From Candidatus Obscuribacteraceae bacterium (lineage in GTDB: Bacteria > Cyanobacteriota > Vampirovibrionia > Obscuribacterales > Obscuribacteraceae), in NCBI GenBank assembly GCA_044226015.1, contig JBGAHS010000001.1:1280001-1344000 (forward strand): DNA of 64,000 nucleotides. The letters are read 5' to 3'. The position numbers and the translations under genes were made by a program. Shown here piece by piece: positions 31,578 through 41,267 of this stretch. Each line of letters starts with the position of its first letter. Position 1 is the first letter of the stretch. The notes under the pieces are model-generated. The model was not told the DNA's origin and did not search any database. It saw only the letters and a list, made by a program, of their open reading frames with translations.

Positions 31578-32021
31578 ATGTTGTCTCAAACAGCCGAATA
31601 TGCACTGCGGGCTATGGTTTATTTGTCTATGAAAGGTACGGCGGCAACCGGAAATGAAATTGCTGCGGCAACACGGGTTCCGGCAGGTTACCTACTCAAA
31701 CTTCTGAACTTGCTTGTAAGAGCCAAACTGCTCCAGTCTCAACGGGGCTTAGGTGGTGGTTTTGTCCTGGCCGTCCCAATGGAAGACGTTTCTCTGTTGG
31801 ACGTAATAGATGCGGTGGACCCTATCGAAGTGATTAAGACTTGCCCCCTGGGCATTGAGTCTCATGGATGCAATTTGTGCCCACTGCATCGGCGCTTATC
31901 AAAATCGATTTCAGACGTTAAAGAGAGCCTCGCCAGTGAGAAACTGAGTGAGCTTGTTAAAGAGGCAAAAAGCCCTGACTGCCAGAGTGTTCCTTTGACA
32001 CCGCGCAGCCTCGAAGCCTGA
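31578..32021 (+). CDS. Rrf2-family transcriptional regulator with Fe-S-type Cys ligands
   Basis: SQTAEYALRAM, SQRGLGGGFVLA, CPLGIESHGCNLCPLH. Confidence 0.92.
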   Translation: MLSQTAEYALRAMVYLSMKGTAATGNEIAAATRVPAGYLLKLLNLLVRAKLLQSQRGLGGGFVLAVPMEDVSLLDVIDAVDPIEVIKTCPLGIESHGCNLCPLHRRLSKSISDVKESLASEKLSELVKEAKSPDCQSVPLTPRSLEA

Positions 32022-32031
32022 GCTAATCAGC

Positions 32032-33336
32032 TTAGCAAAAATAACTGCCTGGAACTGGGCTGTCTGAAATGAATCGCCAGCGCTTGTTTCCGCCTAGCCG
32101 TCCGCCCTTCATATAAACCGAATTGTCTTTATAGAAGCTGAGTAAAGATGCAAACTTTTCTCCGAGGTCGGCAACAGGATAAGCAAACTCATTTGCTATC
32201 TCATCAATACTGCGGGTGTCTTCTTCGACTTCCATGCGTTGATTGGTTTCGGGGTCAATCAGCAAGCGCTCTTTAGACCAGGGCCAGGTGCAATACTGCG
32301 TCATGAGTCCACTTATGTCTGGTGTGTTTGGTCCTTGATTTAACCAATTATGATTGAAAGCAAAAACTGTTTGACCTTTCAAAACTCGCTCAAGAGGTGC
32401 CTCTGCGAGATTCCAATTGTTCGCCGCGATTAGCAAAGTGTCGTCTTGCGATGCATCACTTGTTTTGCTTACTATTTGCACTGGCAAATCGAGTATCTTT
32501 CCGGCCGCTGTCGCGATAATTGTAGAATCTCTGTCTGGCAGCCCGACGATTTGACGGGGAGTCTTTCCTAATTCGTTTAGCAAACGCTGCAGTTTGTTTA
32601 AAGTGGTGGCAAGTTGCTGGTAGGAAACTCCAACGTAAACCCATCGACCACCAGCGACTTTGAGCTGTTCTTCATCTTCATTGAAGTAATCTAGAATTGC
32701 TGCTCCGTACTGAATAAAGTGCCAATATTGAATTTCCAAAGGTGGCTTTTGCAGCACCGCGAGCCTGATACGAAGTTCGTCTAGCTTGTCTAGAGCATAC
32801 AAGGCGCCTCGAATTTCATGGCTTGCGGCCTGCGATAGGAATTGTCTGCGTGATTCCTTGCTGAATTGCTCGGCACCGTCGGTAATACCACATAAAAGTG
32901 ACGACCAGTAGAACTGATATCCTACCCAGAAGCTTGCGCTGAGGTCGCATTGCAGAAGAACTTCACGGGCTTGCGCCGGCTGAAACAGCGAGCAAAGCGC
33001 GATGGCTAACTCTAAACCAATATTGCTATTGCCCGGCTCAAGCTTCATGGCACGTTCCAGCATAGGAACGGCAAGTCTGTCATGACCCGCGTCGATAAAA
33101 TGGTAGCCAAGGTCGAAGAAAGCCTTCGAACTCTCGAAGTCGGAGACGACAAGCTCGAACATTCGGGCTTCTTCCTCGGCCCCCATTTGCTTCAGGCACA
33201 TACCTGCAAGAACATAGCTGTCTCTGTTGTCAGGGTCCTGATTAAAGGCGAATGTCAAAAGACGCAAGCATTCTTGATATTTACCTTGCGCAAAATTTTC
33301 TTTTGCAGACTCCAGCGGATCCGGTTGAGTAGTCAT
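32032..33336 (-). CDS. TPR-containing hypothetical protein
   Basis: N-terminal TPR-like helical repeats. Confidence 0.7.
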   Translation of the reverse strand: MTTQPDPLESAKENFAQGKYQECLRLLTFAFNQDPDNRDSYVLAGMCLKQMGAEEEARMFELVVSDFESSKAFFDLGYHFIDAGHDRLAVPMLERAMKLEPGNSNIGLELAIALCSLFQPAQAREVLLQCDLSASFWVGYQFYWSSLLCGITDGAEQFSKESRRQFLSQAASHEIRGALYALDKLDELRIRLAVLQKPPLEIQYWHFIQYGAAILDYFNEDEEQLKVAGGRWVYVGVSYQQLATTLNKLQRLLNELGKTPRQIVGLPDRDSTIIATAAGKILDLPVQIVSKTSDASQDDTLLIAANNWNLAEAPLERVLKGQTVFAFNHNWLNQGPNTPDISGLMTQYCTWPWSKERLLIDPETNQRMEVEEDTRSIDEIANEFAYPVADLGEKFASLLSFYKDNSVYMKGGRLGGNKRWRFISDSPVPGSYFC

Positions 33337-33432
33337 AAATGCTCCTGTTTCCGCATGATTATATCGCTTTAGCTTAGCTGTCTAGCATTGTCAGCTGCTT
33401 GGCGACTATGAAAGAATAGATTTAAACTGAGT

Positions 33433-34467
33433 TTGGCTAGCCTAATCTATGCTCGGGCGGAGTCATTAATTTTAGGTGTGACGAGATTTCTAGCAATGAG
33501 CAGAATTAGAACAAGCATTTTGGCATTTACTCTGGCACTTGGAATTAGCAACAGTGCCGACGCCCAGCTTATGCAAATGGAGCGCCATGATGTGGTGCGA
33601 ATCGATGTTTTTGATAAGCCTAAAAAGCCCAGCGAAGATGCCGTGATTCTTGACGCAACTCCGGTAATCTCATGGGTTGACGAGACGAAAAAACTTAAGG
33701 CGGTGCTGGTTTGCGTCCACGGTCTCGGTTTGCATAAAGAGAATTACAAAGACTTTGGTGAGCGAGTAGCTCGCGACGGCATCGGTGTTTATGCGATGGA
33801 TGTCCGTGGATTTGGTGAATTTCAGCAAATGCCCGGCGAGCGAAGGTGTGACTTCCATAAGTGCCTCGACGATGTTTGTCAGGCATTGAAGCTAGTCAGG
33901 GCAACGCATCCAGGTGTTCCTATTTTCGTGATGGGTGAGTCCATGGGTGGTGCTATTGCCATGAGAGTTACGGAAGAGCATCCGGAGTTGGTCAACGGCT
34001 TGATTTCTTCTGTTCCTGGTGCCAAGAGATATGGCCAGGGAAAGTCTAGTTTCGCAGTAGGAATGAAGCTACTGACCGGTGGCGCGCATGCAAAAGTCAA
34101 CGTTGCAGATACTGTGGTTAACCAATCGACCAGCAACGAAGAGCTCCGTGAAGAATGGATGAAGGACAAGATGGCCAGATTTGTCTTGACTCCAGCAGAG
34201 CTGATTCAGTTTCAGTCCTTCATGGAATCGAATGAGAAAAATGCCGGAAAAATTACGGCTACTCCAGTTTTGATGGTGCAAGGTGCTCAGGATAAGCTTG
34301 TTAAGCAGTCTGACAACAAATCAATACTCGACCATATTCCTTGCGATGACAAATTGCTGGTTTTTGTGGATGGCGGAGAACACCTTATTTTCGAAGAAGG
34401 ACAGTTCAAAGAAGACGCAATACAAATGCTTTACGCATGGATAAATGACCACACAGCCCGCGAATGA
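33433..34467 (+). CDS. Alpha/beta hydrolase (lysophospholipase-like), probably exported
   Basis: CVHGLG, DVRGFG, nucleophile elbow GESMGG, QGAQDKLV, EHLIFEE. Confidence 0.88.
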   Translation: MASLIYARAESLILGVTRFLAMSRIRTSILAFTLALGISNSADAQLMQMERHDVVRIDVFDKPKKPSEDAVILDATPVISWVDETKKLKAVLVCVHGLGLHKENYKDFGERVARDGIGVYAMDVRGFGEFQQMPGERRCDFHKCLDDVCQALKLVRATHPGVPIFVMGESMGGAIAMRVTEEHPELVNGLISSVPGAKRYGQGKSSFAVGMKLLTGGAHAKVNVADTVVNQSTSNEELREEWMKDKMARFVLTPAELIQFQSFMESNEKNAGKITATPVLMVQGAQDKLVKQSDNKSILDHIPCDDKLLVFVDGGEHLIFEEGQFKEDAIQMLYAWINDHTARE

Positions 34468-34716
34468 TCCATGAATTATGCCTAATCCTTTAGCTCAGGA
34501 GCGCCGGTTTCCACCTGCCTTCCTGATGGTAAATGCTGCCGGCAGCGCCCTGCGCTCAACAATTGAGAGCCGACAGACTTCTGCTGCTGTCATTCTAGTG
34601 CGGCGTTGTTGAAGATAACGGAATTCTCAAGGAAACAAATTGCTTTCGCTTCAGGTCTTAAGAGCTGTGCTTACGGTATCCTTAGGTCGTTGCACAGCTA
34701 GCTCAGGAGCCCGCAA

Positions 34717-35880
34717 ATGAAAGGCTTTGGCAAGAAATATCTAGTTTATATAGTGGCGTCAAGCGTAAGCATCGCATCGTTCAGCTTAAGTGATGGTGCG
34801 TTCGCTCAAGGCACCCCAGCCGCAAGCACGCCAGCTGGCGGAGCAAGCACCGCAGGCGGTACATACACGCCTAACCCCCGCGCCGTTAGCTTGTACATTT
34901 TGGGTTTGACTGCTCATAAGCAAAACAGCCCAGAGTCAGCAATTATTTTCTTCAAGAGAGCCTGTGATATCGACCCCAACCTGGCAGATGCGCAGTACAA
35001 CCTTGGTGTGCTTTACCAGATGCAAAAGCGCTTTAAGGATGCTCAACCCCGCTTCGAAGAAGTCTTGAGGATCAAACCAACAGACCCTGATGCTCATTAC
35101 CAGTTGGGCATTATCTTGCAGGATCAGGGACGTGCGGCCGAAGCACGCCAGCATTTTTCTGCTATCGCTCCTAACAATTCTCATTTTGCTGATGCTCAAC
35201 GCAGAATTGGTATGTTGAATAGCATGCCAGAAGGCGCTGCTCCGCAACAGCCAGTTGCTCAGGTTCCTGTTCAGACTCAGCCAGTGGCTCAAGCACCGAC
35301 ACAATACGCGGAGAATGCCACTACATCTGGTGTAGTTCCTGGATATGGAAGCATGACGCCAAGCCAGTCAGCCCCTCAACAGACTGCACAGGTGCAGGTT
35401 GAGAGGGCTCCTGCTACAACCTACATTCCTCCTAATGCTTCTGCACCTCCTCCCTCTTCATCAGGTCCTGTCCCGGTTATTCCTAATTCGCAATTGCGCA
35501 TCATAGCTACAGGTTTTTCGGCTCCGTCAGGATTGGCCTTTGACCGTCACGGAAGCTTGTACGTAGCGAATTACATGAGCAATAGCATCGACCGCATCGG
35601 ACCAGATGGTACACGTAATACTTTCTGCACCGGCGTCAACCTTCGCGGACCCATTGGTCTGGTCGTTGACGATGCAAATAACCTCTACGTAGCTAACTAC
35701 AGTAGTGGCACTATCGTGAGAGTCAGCCCCGCTGGCATCTCAGGCGTCATTGCCTCCGGCTTTCGCAAGCCGTATTACCTGACCCTGGATAAGGATGGCA
35801 ACCTGTACGTCAGCCAGCAAGAAGACAATTCAATTGTTCGAATTGTGCTTCCAAAGGTTGTCGGAGCCAAAACTCAGTAG
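34717..35880 (+). CDS. Exported TPR + NHL/beta-propeller protein
   Basis: Signal peptide ending AFA; AQYNLGVLY TPRs; PSGLAFDRHGSLYVANY-type NHL repeats. Confidence 0.85.
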   Translation: MKGFGKKYLVYIVASSVSIASFSLSDGAFAQGTPAASTPAGGASTAGGTYTPNPRAVSLYILGLTAHKQNSPESAIIFFKRACDIDPNLADAQYNLGVLYQMQKRFKDAQPRFEEVLRIKPTDPDAHYQLGIILQDQGRAAEARQHFSAIAPNNSHFADAQRRIGMLNSMPEGAAPQQPVAQVPVQTQPVAQAPTQYAENATTSGVVPGYGSMTPSQSAPQQTAQVQVERAPATTYIPPNASAPPPSSSGPVPVIPNSQLRIIATGFSAPSGLAFDRHGSLYVANYMSNSIDRIGPDGTRNTFCTGVNLRGPIGLVVDDANNLYVANYSSGTIVRVSPAGISGVIASGFRKPYYLTLDKDGNLYVSQQEDNSIVRIVLPKVVGAKTQ

Positions 35881-35929
35881 TACAGCGTAGAGCCAGCAGG
35901 CAGTTACTTAGCTAATTCAGTAGGTCAGA

Positions 35930-36601
35930 ATGGCTGTTGAATACGATCCCCATGCATTTTCCCCCTTTCGCACAGGCATTTATATTGCTACTGCAAGGTA
36001 TTTTTTTGGAACCATTTTTGCTATCCAAAACCATCTTGAATTTTCAGGACGTGAAAACATACCTCCTGGTCCTTGCGTTTTCGTAGGTAATCATCTTTCA
36101 AATTGGGATCCTCCCTTAATAAGCCGAGTAACAGATAGACCAGTCTCCTTCCTGGCAAAGAAAGAGCTTTTCTCGGACAAGTTTTTTCGGAATCTGGTTC
36201 TGGCCTATGGCGCTATTTCTATAGATCGAGAGAAGCCAGAAAAATCAACCTTCAAAGCAGTCAAAGAGATGCTAGCCAAAGGCTGGTGCCTTGGAATGTT
36301 CATCGAGGGAACTCGAAGTAAAACTCCCGGCATGCTTGGAACTCCCCAGATGGGCGCTGCGTATTTTGCCAAATTAAACAAGCTCCCGCTTGTACCAATC
36401 GGCATCGTTGGTACAAATGTAAAGCGTGGAAAAGTCTACGCCAAGATCGGAAAGCCGATTGCGCCCGAGGGGACCTTAGAAGAGATTAGCTGGAAGGTGA
36501 TGGAAGCTCTTTCTGACCTGACCGGTTTCAAGCTTCCTACTGCTATTGAAGATAAATCTGCAAAGAGTGCTGACGCGGATTCGGCGGACTCACAACGCTA
36601 A
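35930..36601 (+). CDS. plsC: 1-acyl-sn-glycerol-3-phosphate acyltransferase
   Basis: NHLSNWD, FLAKKELF, FIEGTRS. Confidence 0.9.
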   Translation: MAVEYDPHAFSPFRTGIYIATARYFFGTIFAIQNHLEFSGRENIPPGPCVFVGNHLSNWDPPLISRVTDRPVSFLAKKELFSDKFFRNLVLAYGAISIDREKPEKSTFKAVKEMLAKGWCLGMFIEGTRSKTPGMLGTPQMGAAYFAKLNKLPLVPIGIVGTNVKRGKVYAKIGKPIAPEGTLEEISWKVMEALSDLTGFKLPTAIEDKSAKSADADSADSQR

Positions 36602-37056
36602 GCCAAGCCTATAGCGGCGACCAAACCTAATTCCGCTGGGGTGAAGAGTTGTTCTTTATCAATTTCAGCTTTGAGCCTTTTTGGCGTTGTGGCTCTAAAG
36701 GTTATTGTGCTGTTTTCGTAGCGAAACGAAGTTGTTGCACCATCGCACAGAAAAGTGTATTCGCCGTCTGCGCTCTTGCCATTGTTGTATATTCTCGAGT
36801 GGAGAAATTTGATGCGTTTTGAGAAAGCTCGCGCTTTAGCATTGGCTACTTCCTCCACACTAGGTTTGTGAGCCTCGCCCATGTTGCGCATAAAGATGCC
36901 TCTGGCTACGCGAACAATCACACCTTTCCTGGCTAGCTCGCTCAAATTGCGGTCTATGCAGTTTCGTGGAGCTAGATGGGCAAAATCTCTCGATACGAAC
37001 AGTTTGCCATCTTCTGTGTTGCGAATTTTCGCCTTAATAGATGCGGAATAGTCCAT
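36598..37056 (-). CDS. DUF6088 / AbiEi-like winged-helix protein
   Basis: GKLFVSRDF...IDRNLSELARKGVIVRVARGIF...PSVEEVANAKAR. Confidence 0.7.
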   Translation of the reverse strand: MDYSASIKAKIRNTEDGKLFVSRDFAHLAPRNCIDRNLSELARKGVIVRVARGIFMRNMGEAHKPSVEEVANAKARAFSKRIKFLHSRIYNNGKSADGEYTFLCDGATTSFRYENSTITFRATTPKRLKAEIDKEQLFTPAELGLVAAIGLA

Positions 37057-37202
37057 GAGTAAACCTCCGAAATGAAAATATGCGTTCTAGTCTTTAAACG
37101 TAATTTGAGTGCAAAAAGTTCAGCCCTTGACAGACAATTTTAGAAAAATGTTTTCCAGAGATGTAAGTAGATGGCTTAGCAAGCTGCTTACAATCTCGCA
37201 TA

Positions 37203-40043
37203 TTAGACGATGGCGATTTTAGTCTTGTCTGGAAAAGGCAGGTTCTCTATAAACCACTTGTGGCGGACCTTTTGACTGGTTAAGACGATCAATTGACAGT
37301 GAGGTAGCACCTTGTGAATAAGCAAGTCCATGCATCCAGTAAATCTGCGGTCATCTAGATCACAAAAAGGTTCATCTAGCACTACTGGTAGTGGCAATCG
37401 ATTAACAATGTATCGGCAAAGCATCAGGCGCATGATCCAGCTAATCTGCTGGCGCAAACCACGCGAACATTTTGCATCGAGTTCGCTTTCATGCAGTGTC
37501 TGGTCCTGATCTCTGAGGGTCACGGTGATATCGAGGTTATCGTCCCAGTCAATCTTTGCCACATCAAGATCCATATCCTCTAGCATGTCTGTCGAGATGG
37601 CAGCGAGTTCTTGAGACCAGGATGTTTTGCTTTCTCTTGCAACTCGCATAAGTGTCTCTTTTGCCAGGTTAATAGATGCTCGATTTCTCCTAATCAGCTG
37701 CAGGTCTCTTTCTAAAATTTCCACCTCATGTTGAGTCTTTGGGTGAAACTCGTCGAAGTTCTTAATTGCTTCTCTGACGGAATTACGAAGGGCATTTATT
37801 CGTTCCTCACGTCCCTCGATTTGATCATGAAGTTTCTGCAAGTCACCGTGACCCATGCGACCTATTTCTTCATCTTCAATTGTTTCGCCAAGAATGTCCG
37901 GGTATTTTGCAATCAACTCTTGCATGAAGTTCCATGCATCTGCCCGGCGGTGTTGCAGTTTCGCCAGCATCTCAGTCAAGTCATTTTCAAAGACTTCTGA
38001 ATTGCTGATTTCGCTTTCCACGCGTTCTAATTCTTGTTTCAACGATTCCCAGTTTCGATAGACTTTGCACTGACCTTCGAATTCCTCGAAGGAGTCATCG
38101 ATGTTCTCTGGGTCGCGTAGATGTGCTCTTTCGAAGTAGTCAACGAGGACTGCATCAATCTCAGCTAGTTCGCCTTCAAGGAATTTTCTTTCAGACTTAC
38201 GGTGATTTACTACTGCGGTGCTTCTTTCTAATTTGCGCATACTCTCGCGATGCCAGAGTATTTCTGATGCAAGGACTGAGATAGCAGCTGCTGTGACGAT
38301 ACTCGAGCCTCGGTTCACCTTTTCCAGGTAGACCATACCTTCTTTGCTCAGGCTTTGCAGATTTTGCTCGCGACTTTCCAGCATTTGCTCCAGAATGTCG
38401 AGTTGTTTCAAACGTCCGGCAAACATTGCGTAGGTCTGCAATTTCTTAAAGAGTTCAGCGCCACTTTCCATTCCGTACTTTTGCGCTATTTGTTCTCCCT
38501 CACTCTGAATCTTCGCTATCAGATCGCTGAGGTTGATTTCTTTTTGATCGGAACTTCCTTGCTGTTGAATCAGACCTTCGACTTTGCTTTCAAATTGTTT
38601 GCGCACACCTGAAAGCAAGGGTGGTAAGAGCAGCAGACCAGCGACAGACAGCACAAAACTCGTTTGGAAGATTGTTCCTAGAACTTCTTGCTCTCCAGTT
38701 AGAGAAAATAGAACAATGAGTGCAGACGCCACCACGAGTGACAGCATTACGTTTCTAATTTTTCTGAACTTCAGGTCGAAACCTTTGATTTCCTCATGAA
38801 GGTCTTTTAGCTGAGCTCCGGCTCCCTGGCTGAGTTCAACCAGGTTCTGAAGCTTGTCTTTTTGTCTCTTAAGGTCATTTGCCAGCGTATTAGCTGTTTC
38901 AATGTCTGAAGGGCTCATACCCAAAACGGTTTTTCGAATCAGTGCAATGTCGTCGAATCTCACCCCAGCATCTTTGACACGACGCATCTCTTTATCACGC
39001 TCTTGTCGCAGCTGTTCAATTTCCGCCTGTGCGCCAGCTATAGTTTTCGACAATCCAAACAGTTGTTGAGAATCTTCAATTGTAAACTGCTCAAGCTCTT
39101 CATTGTGAGCGGTCAAAATATCTTCTTGTGCTTTGGTGTCTTGAATGCTCTTTAACAGCTCGTCGTCGTGCCGTTGCAAGTCAGCGAGTCGTGATTGGCG
39201 ATTGACCCACAACTCCTGCACTTTGCGTTCTCCAGCTACTGGAAAATTGGCGATGTGCTCAACTTGCTTGATTTGCTTATTCAAATCTTCAAGTTGATAC
39301 AGCTTTTGCTGAACCATCATTATTCTTGCATCTAGTTCTGCTGTCTCCAGGCAGAGGCTGAAATATTCTTCTCGCTTGAGTACGTCTTTGTCTAAAGCTT
39401 GCTCTGACTCCAATTGTTTTAATTCATCAATGAGAGTTCCTGCCTCAGCTCTTTCGCGCTCTAACTGTCCAAGCCTCTCTTCCAGTACTACCTTTCCACG
39501 GTTGAGTCCGGTAAGAAGATCATCTATTCGATAAGTTTTTCCTTTGAAGGGATACTTCTCTTGTTTCTCTTCAACCAGGCGAATAGCGCGTTCGATATTT
39601 CTGTTCTGTTCCGTTTTGCTTGCAAGCTGACCCAGCAAATTGAGACGAACTCCACGATCTGCAAGCATTGAACTGCTACCTTCATCTTGCCCAATTAATA
39701 GCAAGGTCTGGAACATTTCTTTGCTTACGCCAGCGAATTGGTCATTGGCGATTTTTGCCGCTTCAGGCGGACTGAAGTCGAGCTGCTTTTCTTGAAAGTT
39801 ACGTTTGAGAACTATTTGCTGATCATCTATTCTCAAATATAAACTGCCTTCTTTGAGGTCGGCGGCACCTGGGATGATCTCATCTTTGTTGCTAGAAATA
39901 ATATTCGATATGGTGGTGAACAAATCAGACTTGCTCTGCTCTTCTTCAGTGCATAGCAAATTCAAACGATCAGGTTTGAAGACAAATTCTTTAGGTTCGT
40001 CCTCAATTCTTTTGGTTGAATAGTAGGCTGATTCAATCTGCAT
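37203..40043 (-). CDS. YhaN/SbcC(Rad50)-like coiled-coil ABC-ATPase-fold protein with two central TM helices and degenerate Walker A and H-switch
   Basis: Walker A position CTEEEQSKS; Q-loop IGQDE; signature CSRG; Walker B VVLDEPFCDLDDRR; H-switch position LTSQ. Confidence 0.8.
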   Translation of the reverse strand: MQIESAYYSTKRIEDEPKEFVFKPDRLNLLCTEEEQSKSDLFTTISNIISSNKDEIIPGAADLKEGSLYLRIDDQQIVLKRNFQEKQLDFSPPEAAKIANDQFAGVSKEMFQTLLLIGQDEGSSSMLADRGVRLNLLGQLASKTEQNRNIERAIRLVEEKQEKYPFKGKTYRIDDLLTGLNRGKVVLEERLGQLERERAEAGTLIDELKQLESEQALDKDVLKREEYFSLCLETAELDARIMMVQQKLYQLEDLNKQIKQVEHIANFPVAGERKVQELWVNRQSRLADLQRHDDELLKSIQDTKAQEDILTAHNEELEQFTIEDSQQLFGLSKTIAGAQAEIEQLRQERDKEMRRVKDAGVRFDDIALIRKTVLGMSPSDIETANTLANDLKRQKDKLQNLVELSQGAGAQLKDLHEEIKGFDLKFRKIRNVMLSLVVASALIVLFSLTGEQEVLGTIFQTSFVLSVAGLLLLPPLLSGVRKQFESKVEGLIQQQGSSDQKEINLSDLIAKIQSEGEQIAQKYGMESGAELFKKLQTYAMFAGRLKQLDILEQMLESREQNLQSLSKEGMVYLEKVNRGSSIVTAAAISVLASEILWHRESMRKLERSTAVVNHRKSERKFLEGELAEIDAVLVDYFERAHLRDPENIDDSFEEFEGQCKVYRNWESLKQELERVESEISNSEVFENDLTEMLAKLQHRRADAWNFMQELIAKYPDILGETIEDEEIGRMGHGDLQKLHDQIEGREERINALRNSVREAIKNFDEFHPKTQHEVEILERDLQLIRRNRASINLAKETLMRVARESKTSWSQELAAISTDMLEDMDLDVAKIDWDDNLDITVTLRDQDQTLHESELDAKCSRGLRQQISWIMRLMLCRYIVNRLPLPVVLDEPFCDLDDRRFTGCMDLLIHKVLPHCQLIVLTSQKVRHKWFIENLPFPDKTKIAIV

Positions 40044-41256
40044 CTGGAGTCGTCACCGATCCTTCGCGAATGGCTTCCAATCCAAAATAAAGCGCATCAG
40101 TGATGATTGCTACTTTTTCAGAGTCTCTTTCCATGTTGGTATGAAGTTCGTTTCTCAAACCACCAAGAATGCAGGCGTACTTAGACTCAATCTGATTTTT
40201 CAAACTTATTGATTCTAGATAATTAGGACGAATGTTGACCTTTGATTTCAGATGGAAATAGTCGCTCTTCATCTGTTCAGTGATTAACTTCACATCTGCG
40301 CCCACAGGGTAGAGTCCGCTAGCATTAATGAGCAACACATCTATATTCTTTCGTGCACCACTTTCTTTTATTTCTTTTTCAAGGTCCATACTCAAAACAT
40401 TTGGGTCTCTGCCGCTTATATCAAAATCTATGTTTATGATGCGTCGCGGGTCAAACTCCTCTGTTTGCATGGTCATCTCGATTCCCGAGCTCATGCGGCG
40501 GTCGAGATTGGCGAAGATAGCCGTTCTTGGACCCAGTTCTTTGGCTGTCAGTCCTACAAAAGTGCCAGAGGCACCGGCAAAAATGACCTCATCTTCTTCT
40601 GATTTCAAAATCGACTGATTTTTGAAACCTGAAAATGCGATGTAAGAGTAACCTCTACTCTTGAACTTTTTGCTAAGTTCGTTCCTCGATTTTTCCGTAG
40701 CTGCGTCCGCTAAACCAAGTGGTAGCAGCAGAATGTTTATTGCTGCCTTTTCAGCTTTTTGCAGCTCTGGAATGTAAGGCATGCGTCCGCGATTATCTTT
40801 GGTGAGCGCAATGCCGCTAATCTTGATTGAATCTTTGCCGGGCAAATTGAAACTATGAACAGTGTTTGCCCCGAAAATGTGAACATTATCTGACCATGGT
40901 TCAAGTCCTCTGGCTCGCAGGACAGACTCATCATAAAGAGAGTCGCTGTGTAGAGGATCTGACGCTCCGGGAGCAATAAAAACGGGGATTTCCTGCAAGC
41001 GTGCAAATATTTTTTGAACGCTTGCAAGAGTGCTAGTACTCACGTTTTCAGCATCGAACAAATTGCCTGGAATCAGAACGGCGTTAACGTCATTGCTAAT
41101 TGCAACTTTAATAGCTGCAGCCAGTGCTTCGATTGATTCTTCGCTTCTTTGCTTTCGCTGCGACGGACTCAAATGAAGTGACATTGAAGCGCTAGAGTCC
41201 AGGTTCAGATCAGAAACCTGACAAAAGGAGAAGCTTACAAAATCACTCTGGCTCAT
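40033..41256 (-). CDS. YhaO/SbcD(Mre11)-like metallophosphoesterase-fold protein lacking metal ligands
   Basis: SDLNLD, PGNLFD, PGASDP, YIAFSGFK in place of DxH, GDxxD, GNHD, GHxH; C-terminal ALYFGLEA. Confidence 0.8.
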   Translation of the reverse strand: MSQSDFVSFSFCQVSDLNLDSSASMSLHLSPSQRKQRSEESIEALAAAIKVAISNDVNAVLIPGNLFDAENVSTSTLASVQKIFARLQEIPVFIAPGASDPLHSDSLYDESVLRARGLEPWSDNVHIFGANTVHSFNLPGKDSIKISGIALTKDNRGRMPYIPELQKAEKAAINILLLPLGLADAATEKSRNELSKKFKSRGYSYIAFSGFKNQSILKSEEDEVIFAGASGTFVGLTAKELGPRTAIFANLDRRMSSGIEMTMQTEEFDPRRIINIDFDISGRDPNVLSMDLEKEIKESGARKNIDVLLINASGLYPVGADVKLITEQMKSDYFHLKSKVNIRPNYLESISLKNQIESKYACILGGLRNELHTNMERDSEKVAIITDALYFGLEAIREGSVTTPDAD

Positions 41257-41267
41257 TCAATTCTTCC

